64,000 nucleotides of DNA. It comes from an uncultured Lachnospiraceae bacterium. Lineage in GTDB: Bacteria > Bacillota > Clostridia > Lachnospirales > Lachnospiraceae. The stretch is taken from positions 14,353 through 78,352 of the forward strand of contig CAJUTQ010000074.1 of assembly GCA_910589265.1 (NCBI GenBank), in the 5' to 3' direction. This document shows positions 1-9,399 of this stretch, one piece after another. A program made the position numbers and the translations under genes. Under the pieces are notes generated by a model. That model was given only the letters and a program-made list of their open reading frames with translations. It was not told the origin of the DNA and did no database searches. Positions within the stretch are counted from its first letter, which is position 1, and the number at the start of each line of letters is the position of its first letter.

Positions 1-265
1 CGTTATTCAATAAAAGGACATAGGCTGTTTTTGACAGACGTATTCCTTCGTTCACTGCCCTGCAAAATCCATAATTTTTGTCCAAAGAAAATATATCTAC
101 TTTTGGATATGCCTTTTTTACTTCCTCTACACTTCCATCTGTAGAGCCATTATCCACAAGCAAAACTCGAAAGTCTTTTACTGTCTGCCTTTCTAAAGAG
201 TCTAAGCAGACACCTAAATATTTGATTCCATTGTAATTGGGAATAATAATCGTCACTTGCGCCAT
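1..265 (-). CDS. Family-2 glycosyltransferase, N-terminal part only (gene runs off the left edge)
   Basis: Absent from the ORF track because no stop lies in the window. Manual reverse translation from ATG 265-263 gives MAQVTIIIPNYNGIKYLGVCLDSLERQTVKDFRVLLVDNGSTDGSVEE, a canonical GT-A/GT2 N-terminus. The start overlaps the stop of the upstream gene (253-265). Confidence 0.8.
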   Translation of the reverse strand, partial: MAQVTIIIPNYNGIKYLGVCLDSLERQTVKDFRVLLVDNGSTDGSVEEVKKAYPKVDIFSLDKNYGFCRAVNEGIRLSKTAYVLLLNN

Positions 266-1686
266 GTTTTTGTCCATGATTCCTTCCTTCGAAATTCCGC
301 ATAAGGATGATATACAATTAAATAACCTGCATTTCTTATTTTCTCACATAGAGCATAGCTGGCTTCTATATGGTTTTTTTCTCTTTCTTGAAAACTTTCC
401 TTTAATTTTTCCCATAGTTCTTTTCGAATGATGATGCAGTCCATATCCACAGCTTCCACATCACGCTGAATGGCTGCCCTATGAAGATAACCGGAAAAAC
501 GGCGATCCATTCCCCGAAAAGGGGCCTGTATTTTTCCATTTTCATCCTTTTCATAACCGGCACACTGTATTCTGTTTTTTTCGTCGCATATCTTTCCTCC
601 CACTGCTCCCACTTCTGGCCTTGAGAAGTATCCTTTCACTTCTTTTTCCCATCCTTTGGACAAAGGTTTACAAGAAGGATTTACAAGAAAAATACCTTCC
701 TCTCCTTCTTTCTCTTCGTAGTCAATCCGATAAAAGCCCAAGTGCTTTCCATGGCTTACTTTTCCATGTAAGCCCATTCTTTTTAAGTGAGCCTCCAAAA
801 CTTTTTTTCCTGCTTCATAAGCATACATTTTACTTTCTGGACGCTCTGCAGTGGACAAAGAATGGGATCGCCAGTGGTAAAGCACTTTTGGTACATGCTC
901 TACTTTTCCTCCCTTTTCTCCAATTATTTCAATGCATCGGAGAATAAAATCATAGTCTTGAGCTCCGTTATATTCTGAAACAAAAGCCCCTGCATCTATG
1001 GCAATCTGGCGGTTTACAGTAAACAAATGGCAAATATAATTATTGCTCCGCAATAAATCCAAATTCAAGTCTGGTTTTTTGTGGTAATCAAAATGTCTCT
1101 TCCCTTTTGTGTCTATCTTGTCCTCATCGGTGTAAACAGCATAAGCTCCCTGTAAAATCTTTCTTCCAACCTCATATAGGGCATCTGGCCGCAGACAATC
1201 GTCATGATCTAAGAGACTAATATAGTCTCCTGAAGCCATTTTTAAAGCATAATTTGTATTTTCTGAAATCCCTTTATTTTCTTTTAAGGGATAGAAACGA
1301 ATCCGCTTTTCTTTCCTTTTTCCTAAGAATCTTTTAAGAGTTCTCTCCACTTTATCACTCTGACTTGCGTCCGCCACACATAATTCCCAGTTTTCAAAGC
1401 TTTGCTCATCTACAGACTTTAACATTTCTATTAAAAAACATTCTGGCGTCTCATAAGCAGGAACTAAAATACTTATTTTAAAAGGCCAGTTTGCAGACTC
1501 TTTCCTCTGTCTTATAAGCTCCTCCTTTGAAGGGTATTCTCTTAAGAAAAAATCCTCATATCCTTGTTCCTGTTCATCTCGAATAAGCCTTTCCTTTGCT
1601 TTAAAAAAAGCCTCTCTCCAACCATTCCTTTTTACATAATGAAGTCCTCTTCTTATATTTTGTATAGAAAATCTCTTTTGCGCCAC
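253..1686 (-). CDS. GT2-family glycosyltransferase (one full GT-A domain plus a partial second domain)
   Basis: 477-aa ORF with ISILVPAYETPECFLIEMLKSVDEQSFENWELCVADAS and LLDHDD (DxD). Clearly paralogous to the N-terminal GT-A domain of 11154-13178. Confidence 0.85.
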   Translation of the reverse strand: MAQKRFSIQNIRRGLHYVKRNGWREAFFKAKERLIRDEQEQGYEDFFLREYPSKEELIRQRKESANWPFKISILVPAYETPECFLIEMLKSVDEQSFENWELCVADASQSDKVERTLKRFLGKRKEKRIRFYPLKENKGISENTNYALKMASGDYISLLDHDDCLRPDALYEVGRKILQGAYAVYTDEDKIDTKGKRHFDYHKKPDLNLDLLRSNNYICHLFTVNRQIAIDAGAFVSEYNGAQDYDFILRCIEIIGEKGGKVEHVPKVLYHWRSHSLSTAERPESKMYAYEAGKKVLEAHLKRMGLHGKVSHGKHLGFYRIDYEEKEGEEGIFLVNPSCKPLSKGWEKEVKGYFSRPEVGAVGGKICDEKNRIQCAGYEKDENGKIQAPFRGMDRRFSGYLHRAAIQRDVEAVDMDCIIIRKELWEKLKESFQEREKNHIEASYALCEKIRNAGYLIVYHPYAEFRRKESWTKTWRK

Positions 1687-1696
1687 CTTACTCCCT

Positions 1697-2416
1697 CTAT
1701 TTTTGCAAAAATTCCTTTAATTCTTCTGGAGTTCCAAGAACATGCACCTTTTCACTGTCTATCGTACATATTCTTACCTCCCCGCCTTTTTTTATTAAAT
1801 GATTATATAAAGGAGCTACATACTTTTCTCCTTTTTCCATATGCTCTTCCCTTTTATAATATTCATTGTATAATTCTTCATATAATGCACATGTTTTAAA
1901 ATAATAAGCTCCCAAAGTACAGTATGGGGAGATTCTTTCCTTTTCCCTCACTTGAATGGCCCGCCCGTCTTCTCCAATCTGTACAAAGCTCCAATGACTG
2001 CCCATAGCAAAAAAGCATGGGATGAACCCATCTCCCTTTATCTGCTCTTCATTCATTTCTCCTGCCTCTACATATGTATCTATATTATAAATGAGAAGGC
2101 TACTTTTTTTATCCCAAAATTTTCTTGCCAACATAGCCGTCGTTGCTTGTCCATCTGTTGGCTCTTTTATTTCTACAACTTTTATATGGGTAATGCCCAT
2201 ATTCCCACAAATATTCCTAATAAAAGGCTCTGCCTCGTCTTCTTTTCTTACAATAAAAATATATACATTTTCTTCTCTTAAATATCCTAAAAGGCTTTCC
2301 ATAGACCACTCAAACAATGTTTTTCCTTTTGCCTTGATTTTATATTTTGGTATGTCATAGCCTGCCTCTTTAAATCTAGTTCCAAGCCCTGCCATAGTCA
2401 CTACGATTGTCATCAT
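1697..2416 (-). CDS. Sugar-phosphate nucleotidyltransferase (LicC/NTP-transferase-like)
   Basis: MMTIVVTMAGLGTRFKEAGYDIPKYKI matches the GxGTR nucleotidyltransferase signature. Start placed at ATG 2416, which forms an ATGA overlap with the upstream stop; the ORF track start at 2443 is probably too long. Confidence 0.75.
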   Translation of the reverse strand: MMTIVVTMAGLGTRFKEAGYDIPKYKIKAKGKTLFEWSMESLLGYLREENVYIFIVRKEDEAEPFIRNICGNMGITHIKVVEIKEPTDGQATTAMLARKFWDKKSSLLIYNIDTYVEAGEMNEEQIKGDGFIPCFFAMGSHWSFVQIGEDGRAIQVREKERISPYCTLGAYYFKTCALYEELYNEYYKREEHMEKGEKYVAPLYNHLIKKGGEVRICTIDSEKVHVLGTPEELKEFLQK

Positions 2417-2835
2417 GTGCCCCTTTCCAAACTCTTTTTGCAAAGCTTTTCAAGCTCCTCTAAGTTATATTTTAAAAACTCGTCTGGCCGTACTGTGCGA
2501 TCGTCTACATAAAAACCTTGATGTCCTGGCCAAGGTTTTCCATAAATAATCTCGTCATAGGGAATCTCCCACTTTTCCAACCACTGAAGAAGTACTTTTG
2601 CGGTTCTAGCATTAATAAGTCCAATATTCCCTTGATAACTGTTCATATTTCTAGAAGTATATAATGTGATCTTTGCCCCTTTTTCCCTATATTCCCTTAT
2701 CTTTTCCACTATTTCTTTATAAGGCACTAAATCCTCATAATGCTCTTCCTTTTTTTTAATAGGGCAGATAGTTCCATCAATATCAAAAACAAATCCTACT
2801 CCCTCATATTGTTTTTTCTCCTGTGTATCAGACAT
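2413..2835 (-). CDS. Small HAD-superfamily phosphatase (capsule-biosynthesis type)
   Basis: 140-aa ORF with HAD motif I FVFDIDGTIC, motif II LYTSR, and distal YVDDR acidic residues. Confidence 0.75.
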   Translation of the reverse strand: MSDTQEKKQYEGVGFVFDIDGTICPIKKKEEHYEDLVPYKEIVEKIREYREKGAKITLYTSRNMNSYQGNIGLINARTAKVLLQWLEKWEIPYDEIIYGKPWPGHQGFYVDDRTVRPDEFLKYNLEELEKLCKKSLERGT

Positions 2836-4255
2836 ACTTTTTTAATTCCTCCATAATGTTCATTGCATTTAGTAAAAAAGCAAATACTTTATTCTCTTGA
2901 TCCATATGAAGGGGAAGCATAGAAAGGAAGAGGGATGCCTCATAAAGACGAACCTGTATTGGATCATATCCATACTTCTTTAAATATTCCCCAAAAACTG
3001 TCCCATATGCAGTATTGTCTGTGTCAATGGAAAGACAGATCTTCATATCCCCTTCAATTGTCATTTGAAACAATCCGCTGTTAAAAAAATCATAGGATCC
3101 CCATATGGAATGGGAAAGCTTGGCCAGATCATAATATGGATGGGTATACAATTCCTCTTCTTTCAAAGCTCCTTTTGGATCAATGAGCTTTAGCAATGAG
3201 GCATCCTTATTATACAAAATGTTAGAAAAGCAAAGATCTCCATGTCCAACAACAAGCTTTTCTTCCATGTCTCCTCTCCCAGATAAATATCCATATATCC
3301 TTTTATACTCTTTAACAATTCCTGAAATTCCATCATAGTCTGTCCCTATACGAATCAAGTTGTCAAAGGTTTTATATCCTTCTTTTTGTTTAAGCATTTC
3401 TATCCTCTGAGCTACCTTTTCTATATAGAGCTTTTCTCCTATTTTTTCATACTCCTCCCTCGTTACTTTTTTCTCTTTTCTAGTCCTTAAAAAATAAAAA
3501 AGTTTATCTAAAATGTCTCTAAATTCCTCCATAGATACAGCTCCGTGAACAAAACGGATGGCAATGTCTGTCATGTGATAACGCTCCATTGTATAGGATG
3601 CGCCATCCGCCCATTCCTCATATCCAAAAGGCATTACAAACCAATACTTCATCTCATCAGGAAGCAAATAGTAAAATTCATATTCTGCCCTGATTTTTTC
3701 TTTATTTTCCGAAGACTTTTTTACTGTAAATTCATCTCCTGTTAATGCATTAAAATACCGGGCGTCAAAACCTCCTGTTAAAAACGTTCGAAAATGTCCA
3801 ATTTCAGAAAAATCAATAAATGCGTCTGATTCTAGCATAATAGGGGATGTTCTACTTCTCTCCTGACTTTTAAAATAAGAGGGAATATCTGGATACATCC
3901 ACATACTCGGTTTTCCATTACAGGCCACAGCATATGTTTCTTGTATATAGCTTGCTTTTTTCAATAATATTCGAAATGCTTCCCTATCTCCAATTCCAAA
4001 ATTAGAGGGGAGAACTAGAAGGGAGGTCTTTGCCTCTGTCTTTTCTAATTCTTCCTTGAGTAAAAACAGCTCTTTGTCTGATTCTACCTGGCGCACTTCT
4101 TTTACAGAGCCACAGAATAATATCTCTTCCTTCATTCTCTCCTTCAATGTCTTTCTTTTAAAAATTGTATTTCCAAAAGATTTTCCTCCTGTAATCTGGC
4201 AAATCTCCTGGTTTGGTTTTTTGCGGTCGTCATATATTACGAAAACTTTTTTCAT
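2828..4255 (-). CDS. Kinase-like protein (aminoglycoside/choline-kinase fold) with an unassigned ~190-aa N-terminal domain
   Basis: 475-aa ORF. The C-terminal half carries VVGHGDLCFSNILY and LKLIDPKG, matching the HxDxxxxN...D catalytic pattern of APH/ChoK-type small-molecule kinases. Confidence 0.7.
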   Translation of the reverse strand: MKKVFVIYDDRKKPNQEICQITGGKSFGNTIFKRKTLKERMKEEILFCGSVKEVRQVESDKELFLLKEELEKTEAKTSLLVLPSNFGIGDREAFRILLKKASYIQETYAVACNGKPSMWMYPDIPSYFKSQERSRTSPIMLESDAFIDFSEIGHFRTFLTGGFDARYFNALTGDEFTVKKSSENKEKIRAEYEFYYLLPDEMKYWFVMPFGYEEWADGASYTMERYHMTDIAIRFVHGAVSMEEFRDILDKLFYFLRTRKEKKVTREEYEKIGEKLYIEKVAQRIEMLKQKEGYKTFDNLIRIGTDYDGISGIVKEYKRIYGYLSGRGDMEEKLVVGHGDLCFSNILYNKDASLLKLIDPKGALKEEELYTHPYYDLAKLSHSIWGSYDFFNSGLFQMTIEGDMKICLSIDTDNTAYGTVFGEYLKKYGYDPIQVRLYEASLFLSMLPLHMDQENKVFAFLLNAMNIMEELKKYV

Positions 4256-5040
4256 CGTTTCATAACACCTATGCCTTTCCCTTTTTTACATTCTTTCCAT
4301 CTATAGCCCCCATACATCATCACCATAGAACCCCCTATCAAGGCAGTTCCAGCTAATGTATATATTTTTAGCAAAATACTACCTTCCATTAAAAAAATAG
4401 CCCCAATATAATTGGAAAATTCCTTCATCCCAAAAGGTTTTCCAATGAGAAATGAAAGTAGAAGCAAGGCAAGTATTTCCATTCCCCACCCTGCCATAGA
4501 TGCAATTAAAATAAGAGAATATCTTCCGCTTATAAGCTCTTTCACATAATCAAACCAGTCTTTCCCTTTGTCCAGCCATTGCAAAGCCTTCATGGAAGGG
4601 GGAGAGCTTTTATGAAGAATAAAGTAACGGTTTAAATATAAATAAGTAGGTAAAAAAATTCGGTATATAAATACAAGAAATAAGAGAACAACAAGGAGAA
4701 GGCCTGTAACTCTAGTAACCTCCCTTGTAAAAAACAGCTCAAAGGGTATAAGCAATAGGAGAAGTCCCACTGTATCAAAAAATCGATCAACACCAACGCT
4801 AAAAAGACCTATCTGAAAAACCTTTGTATCCTTTGCATAACAATAAATTCGGTAGCACTCCCCCATTTTAAAAGGTATCACCAAATTAACGAACGTGGTT
4901 TTCAAATATGTCCATAATAGCCGTCGAAACGGTATTTTCTGTTCTAATAATACAAGATACATTCTTGACATCTTTGCCATGTGTACAAGAAAAAATACAC
5001 AAAGAAATGCAAAAACTCCCCATAGCCTTCTGCCTTCCAC
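4252..5040 (-). CDS. Polytopic membrane protein, flippase-like (MprF TM-region / UPF0104-like)
   Basis: 262-aa ORF, hydrophobic throughout with about 7-8 predicted TM segments. ATGA overlap with the next gene. Family call is pattern-level only. Confidence 0.5.
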   Translation of the reverse strand: MEGRRLWGVFAFLCVFFLVHMAKMSRMYLVLLEQKIPFRRLLWTYLKTTFVNLVIPFKMGECYRIYCYAKDTKVFQIGLFSVGVDRFFDTVGLLLLLIPFELFFTREVTRVTGLLLVVLLFLVFIYRIFLPTYLYLNRYFILHKSSPPSMKALQWLDKGKDWFDYVKELISGRYSLILIASMAGWGMEILALLLLSFLIGKPFGMKEFSNYIGAIFLMEGSILLKIYTLAGTALIGGSMVMMYGGYRWKECKKGKGIGVMKR

Positions 5041-5056
5041 TTACATTCCCCGCCCT

Positions 5057-5863
5057 TTACCCTGTTTGCTCACTATCTGCAATGACATCCGCCTCATAGT
5101 TTTCTACTTTTATTTGCCGATAATCCTTTAAAATAGACTGTTTATTTATATAATATCCCTTTAACATACTTAGTACAGTCATTGCCTGATGGAACATTTT
5201 TACATTAGATACTTGATCATCCTCTCTCCAAGATATGGGATAGAAACGAATGCGATGTCCATAATAATCCGAAGCTAAAATCATACAGTAATTAAACATT
5301 AAATTATCAGGAAATTTCTCATAATATTTACTTTTTAGCATTTTTGTACTGTAAAGATTCAAGCCTGAGCCTAAATCAAACACTCTTTTTCTTATAACTG
5401 CTGCAAACAAAAAATCATACAAAATGTTTCCAAAGGTACGTATTTTCGAATAGCCCTGAAGTTTGGATCCTTTCATAAATCTGGCCCCTAAAATACAATC
5501 ATACTGTCGGTACATCCCTGTTCTAAGCACTGGAAGGAAATCGTGAATTTCTCCTTGGTCGTCTCCATGAAGAACCATAACATAATCAAATTTTTCTTTT
5601 ATTGCATAGTCAAAGGCTACTTTATGGGAACCTCCCAATCCATAATTATCTTTATTGCGCAAAAGCTTGATAGATATAGAGTGGCAACGGTCAATAAATT
5701 TCTTTACTACTTCCTCTGTTTCATCTGTACTTCTGTTATTTACTACAATAACCTGATCAATATAACACATCATTTCTTCCCCTAACTGAGAAAGCACCCG
5801 TATAATTTGTTTTTCACAATTATAGGCAGGTATAAATAACAAAATTTTACTCTTCTCCTTCAT
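5057..5863 (-). CDS. GT2-family glycosyltransferase (DPM1/GtrB-like soluble domain)
   Basis: ILLFIPAYNCEKQIIRVLSQL, VIVVNNRSTDETEE and VLHGDDQ (DxD-type). Confidence 0.8.
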   Translation of the reverse strand: MKEKSKILLFIPAYNCEKQIIRVLSQLGEEMMCYIDQVIVVNNRSTDETEEVVKKFIDRCHSISIKLLRNKDNYGLGGSHKVAFDYAIKEKFDYVMVLHGDDQGEIHDFLPVLRTGMYRQYDCILGARFMKGSKLQGYSKIRTFGNILYDFLFAAVIRKRVFDLGSGLNLYSTKMLKSKYYEKFPDNLMFNYCMILASDYYGHRIRFYPISWREDDQVSNVKMFHQAMTVLSMLKGYYINKQSILKDYRQIKVENYEADVIADSEQTG

Positions 5864-6989
5864 TTTCTGCCTCCTCTGTTTTCACTTCTTGTTCCTTTTC
5901 TTCTGTAGATTCAGCAGGCAAGGCCTGAGTTGTCAAAACAATTGGAACATACTCGTTATCATACTTGTAGTCATACATGGACGGCTCTCTTCCTGTATTG
6001 ACATAATAGGAAATATTCTTTGCTGCATCCTCTCCCACCATATTTAATGCTCTTTGGTCATAATGCCATTCATCTATCATATAGGAAACGTCAAAACCTC
6101 CAAGCATAGTAGAAGCCATCATAAATCTTGGATCATTTTTGCATATTTCTGTCTGTACTTTTTGAATTTCATCACAAAAAACAGGATTGCTCCTTGATCT
6201 CCCAATTCTTATCATAAAACATTTTTCAACTCCATAGGCGATCATACTGTTAACAATAATGTCCATATTGGTTGCATACATAGCCTGACTAAATCCAAAT
6301 ATGGCGTCAGACTCTCCCTGAAGCCATACCATATATTTATGCCTTACTTCATACCCATTTTGGTTCAGCCAATCTACAGTAGATGTAAGCCTGTTTACAG
6401 CGTCTCCCATTGCCCCTGGATTTGTCCAATAAGCTGTATTGGTAGCCCCCTGAGAGCATGAGACTGCCACTACTGGTACATTAGTATGTTCATAATACTT
6501 ATTTACAAAAGCAGAAACTAAGCTCCCTCTTTTTGCTGTGCCATCGCTAATTCCTAAAGGCTTATTTTCATAAAATCCAAAAGGCTCTACAATACTGTAC
6601 AACTTTGTAGGATCCGATATAACTCGGAACTCATAACCTGCTCCTTCTGTAACTTCAGGAGCTTCTTCTGGATTGCCTCCATTTCCTGACATATTGCTCT
6701 GCCCCATAAATATAAATACATCTACAACAATATCTTGGGGAAGTTCAATTACATGGGTAGCATTTTTTAATTTTTCTTCCAATTCTGCCAAAATTTCTTC
6801 ATAAGGCCGAGTATCCTTTGGCGTTTCTTTGACTGGAGATTCAATATCTACTATATTAAAATATTCTGGTTCTTTTTGTTTCACCAAAGGATAAATAAAG
6901 TATACAGCTCCCACTAATAACATAAAAACAACAACGACTGTGACTATTCTAGTCAAAAATTTTTTCAATTTATGCTTCCTTCTTTTCAA
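5847..6989 (-). CDS. Membrane-anchored SASA/SGNH-type carbohydrate O-acetylesterase-like protein
   Basis: N-terminal KRRKHKLKK followed by one TM helix, then VFIFMGQSNMSGNG (the GQSNM block of the sialate O-acetylesterase / DUF303 family). Acidic C-terminal tail. Confidence 0.65.
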   Translation of the reverse strand: MKRRKHKLKKFLTRIVTVVVVFMLLVGAVYFIYPLVKQKEPEYFNIVDIESPVKETPKDTRPYEEILAELEEKLKNATHVIELPQDIVVDVFIFMGQSNMSGNGGNPEEAPEVTEGAGYEFRVISDPTKLYSIVEPFGFYENKPLGISDGTAKRGSLVSAFVNKYYEHTNVPVVAVSCSQGATNTAYWTNPGAMGDAVNRLTSTVDWLNQNGYEVRHKYMVWLQGESDAIFGFSQAMYATNMDIIVNSMIAYGVEKCFMIRIGRSRSNPVFCDEIQKVQTEICKNDPRFMMASTMLGGFDVSYMIDEWHYDQRALNMVGEDAAKNISYYVNTGREPSMYDYKYDNEYVPIVLTTQALPAESTEEKEQEVKTEEAENEGEE

Positions 6990-7431
6990 TAAAAACTTTT
7001 CTGCTAATAAAGTTATAAATCATAACAATTCCTGTTGCAATAATTTTTGCCCCCATTTGTGCTGGTTTCTCTGACAAAAAACTTTCCATAAGAGGAAAAT
7101 TTTTGTAAATTCCGTCTATGCAAAGCCAGATAATCCCTTCATTTATCAAAAGTCCTATAGCGCTAAGTCCTAAAAAGATAACAAATTCCACCTTCCGATC
7201 TGCCCCGTCTTTCCTTTGAAACACAAAAGCCATACTGGCCAAATAATTAAAAACAAGGGATATCATAAATCCAAGGGCGCCAGCCAGAAGATAATGTATA
7301 CCAACATAAACACAGACTGTATATACAATGAAATCAATTAGAAAGGAAACTCCGCCAACAATACCAAACTTCATAATCTGTTCCATAAGCTGCTGCTTTT
7401 TGCTTTCGTTCACTAACATTCCTCCATTCAT
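6970..7431 (-). CDS. GtrA-family small membrane protein (polyprenyl-phosphate-sugar flippase candidate)
   Basis: 153 aa with 4 TM segments and KFGIVGGVSFLIDFIVYTV, a typical GtrA-like N-terminus. Confidence 0.75.
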   Translation of the reverse strand: MNGGMLVNESKKQQLMEQIMKFGIVGGVSFLIDFIVYTVCVYVGIHYLLAGALGFMISLVFNYLASMAFVFQRKDGADRKVEFVIFLGLSAIGLLINEGIIWLCIDGIYKNFPLMESFLSEKPAQMGAKIIATGIVMIYNFISRKVFIEKKEA

Positions 7432-8138
7432 ATTCTTTCGTTCAACTCTTTAAAGTCTTTCAAAGATTGTATACCAATTTTTACAATTTTCTTAAAATGA
7501 ATGGAATTGGTTCCTCCTTGACGGGGTTTGAAAGTAATAGGAATATATTTTACCTTCCGTCTATGTTTTGTATAAATTACGTTAATGAGTACATTTGTTA
7601 GAAAAAAATCTTTTGGTATAAGTCCTATTTCTTTTTTTAATATGCTTCCTTCCATAAGACGGTATGGTGTATTGGCGTCTTTCACTTTTACGTGAAAACA
7701 CAGCCAGATCACCAGCTTTAATATTTTTGTTACAAAAATTCTAGAAAGCCCGTCTCCCCTTTTTTTCCTCTCTCCAACTATCATTTCATAGTTTTTCCGT
7801 TCGTCCCAAAAAGGCCAAAACTCTTCGGGAACTGTCTGTCCATCAGAATCTGTCTGAAACACATAATCTGCCCCTTTTTCCAAGGCATACTCATAACCAA
7901 ACAAAAGAGTAGCCCCATGGCCTCCATTTTCCTTTGTCATTATCTCAAGCTGAGACCTTGTTTTGCTGCATCTTTCCATCACCTTTAACGTGCTGTCTTT
8001 ACTTCCGTCATCAATGATTACAAGTCTGCTGTCCTTCCCAGTCTTTTCTACAATAGGATGCCAGTCATTTATTATTTTTTCAATATTTTCCTCTTCATTA
8101 TAAGCAGGTATTACAATATATAACGTATCCATCTTCAT
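7428..8138 (-). CDS. GT2 glycosyltransferase, GtrB/CsbB-like (polyprenyl-phosphate sugar synthase candidate)
   Basis: YIVIPAYNEEENIEKII, LVIIDDGSKDST and QTDSDGQ. ATGA overlap with the GtrA-like gene. Confidence 0.8.
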   Translation of the reverse strand: MKMDTLYIVIPAYNEEENIEKIINDWHPIVEKTGKDSRLVIIDDGSKDSTLKVMERCSKTRSQLEIMTKENGGHGATLLFGYEYALEKGADYVFQTDSDGQTVPEEFWPFWDERKNYEMIVGERKKRGDGLSRIFVTKILKLVIWLCFHVKVKDANTPYRLMEGSILKKEIGLIPKDFFLTNVLINVIYTKHRRKVKYIPITFKPRQGGTNSIHFKKIVKIGIQSLKDFKELNERI

Positions 8139-8156
8139 ACACTTGCCTCTCCAACT

Positions 8157-9335
8157 TTAGGCTTTCTTAGGCGTTTTAAAGGTCTTTTTCATTTTTCTGA
8201 AATTCATTCCCATAATGTATATAGTAAAAATATAATATCCAACGCCTGTTATGAGCAGAACTCCATCTCCTTCATGAAAGATTCTGAGTACAAAAAACAC
8301 AGTTATTAGCAATATAAAATAATAACTTAGGAGCCATAATGGATATTGACTGTTTTCTTTTTCTCCTCTGAAAAACATAGAAGCAGGAAGAATAAGAACA
8401 AAAAAATCATAGGTTCTGTGGTAAGTGATAATTAACGACCATAAAACCAACATACTTATGACATCCTCGTCTTCTCCCTGTCTTATTCCTATCATCATAC
8501 CATACAATAGTAGAAAGACAAGACCTCCTATTAAAAAGGAAAGGGAACTTCCCCCTAAGGCTGCTCCTAAGTCAATACCGCCTTCTGACGCCAAGGCTGA
8601 AGAAACTTTCAATGGCTGTATAATCATCTGAACAATACTTTCTCCTAGCCAATATGCTGAAAAAACAGTAAGTATTCCATGTATGATAATAGCAGTCCAT
8701 AAGGGCTGATACCATCTTTTATATATAAAGTACAAGGCAAGAGGAGCCGTCAGAGTATACTTAAAAAAGCAAATAGTAAGGCTCACAACTACACCGAGAA
8801 AAAGAAGAATGTTTTTTCTCTCTACATTTTTTTCAGCGATCCATACAGCCAGTAAAAAGAAGAAAAAGGAAAAAATCGTATGCTGTCCCACACCTATTTG
8901 ATTTCTCCAAGGAGTGCCTGCCAACATAAGAAGAAAGAGAAGCATATAGATCTTATTGTCTATCTTCTTAAAATAAGTTTTTTTTAATAAAATACCAATG
9001 CCTCCTGTTAACAAAAGATTTCCAATAAGCCAGACATATCTTGCCCCCATTGGCGACAACAGCGTAAAAGGAAAGAGAAGCCAAAGCAAAGATGGAAACT
9101 GGTTTGCCTCCATTTGACTGAAGTACTCCTCATACCCATAGGATTCTAATATTCCTGTTGGTTCTATAGATTCCACATAAGGATTGACCTTCATAGTCAG
9201 CGCCTTTGCAGCATCCCACTGAAAGTCCTGACTATACATAGCTCCATTACGGCATCCTTGGACAAGAGAAAGGGCGGCCATTATTCCAAGAACTGTATAT
9301 GCAATTATCCATAACCACTTTTTTCTCTTATCCAT
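8157..9335 (-). CDS. Polytopic membrane protein, GT-C-like (extracytoplasmic glycosyltransferase candidate)
   Basis: 392 aa with more than 10 hydrophobic segments. Sits directly upstream of the GtrB-like/GtrA pair. No soluble domain recognised. Confidence 0.5.
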   Translation of the reverse strand: MDKRKKWLWIIAYTVLGIMAALSLVQGCRNGAMYSQDFQWDAAKALTMKVNPYVESIEPTGILESYGYEEYFSQMEANQFPSLLWLLFPFTLLSPMGARYVWLIGNLLLTGGIGILLKKTYFKKIDNKIYMLLFLLMLAGTPWRNQIGVGQHTIFSFFFFLLAVWIAEKNVERKNILLFLGVVVSLTICFFKYTLTAPLALYFIYKRWYQPLWTAIIIHGILTVFSAYWLGESIVQMIIQPLKVSSALASEGGIDLGAALGGSSLSFLIGGLVFLLLYGMMIGIRQGEDEDVISMLVLWSLIITYHRTYDFFVLILPASMFFRGEKENSQYPLWLLSYYFILLITVFFVLRIFHEGDGVLLITGVGYYIFTIYIMGMNFRKMKKTFKTPKKA

Positions 9336-9399
9336 ATGCTCTCCTCATTTATGTGAAATCATGCACTTTTCTCATGAAGTCTTTGACTTCCCTATACAT

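Noticed and set aside
621-947. Plus-strand ORFs of 60-170 aa scattered through the window (e.g. 621-947, 1564-1899, 13489-13902, 21704-22126, 37446-37964, 49935-50333, 55555-55917)
   Set aside because: All lie antisense within long, motif-supported minus-strand genes or within intron RNA. Their translations are low-complexity Leu/Phe/Ser-rich with no motifs, as expected from antisense frames of AT-rich coding DNA.
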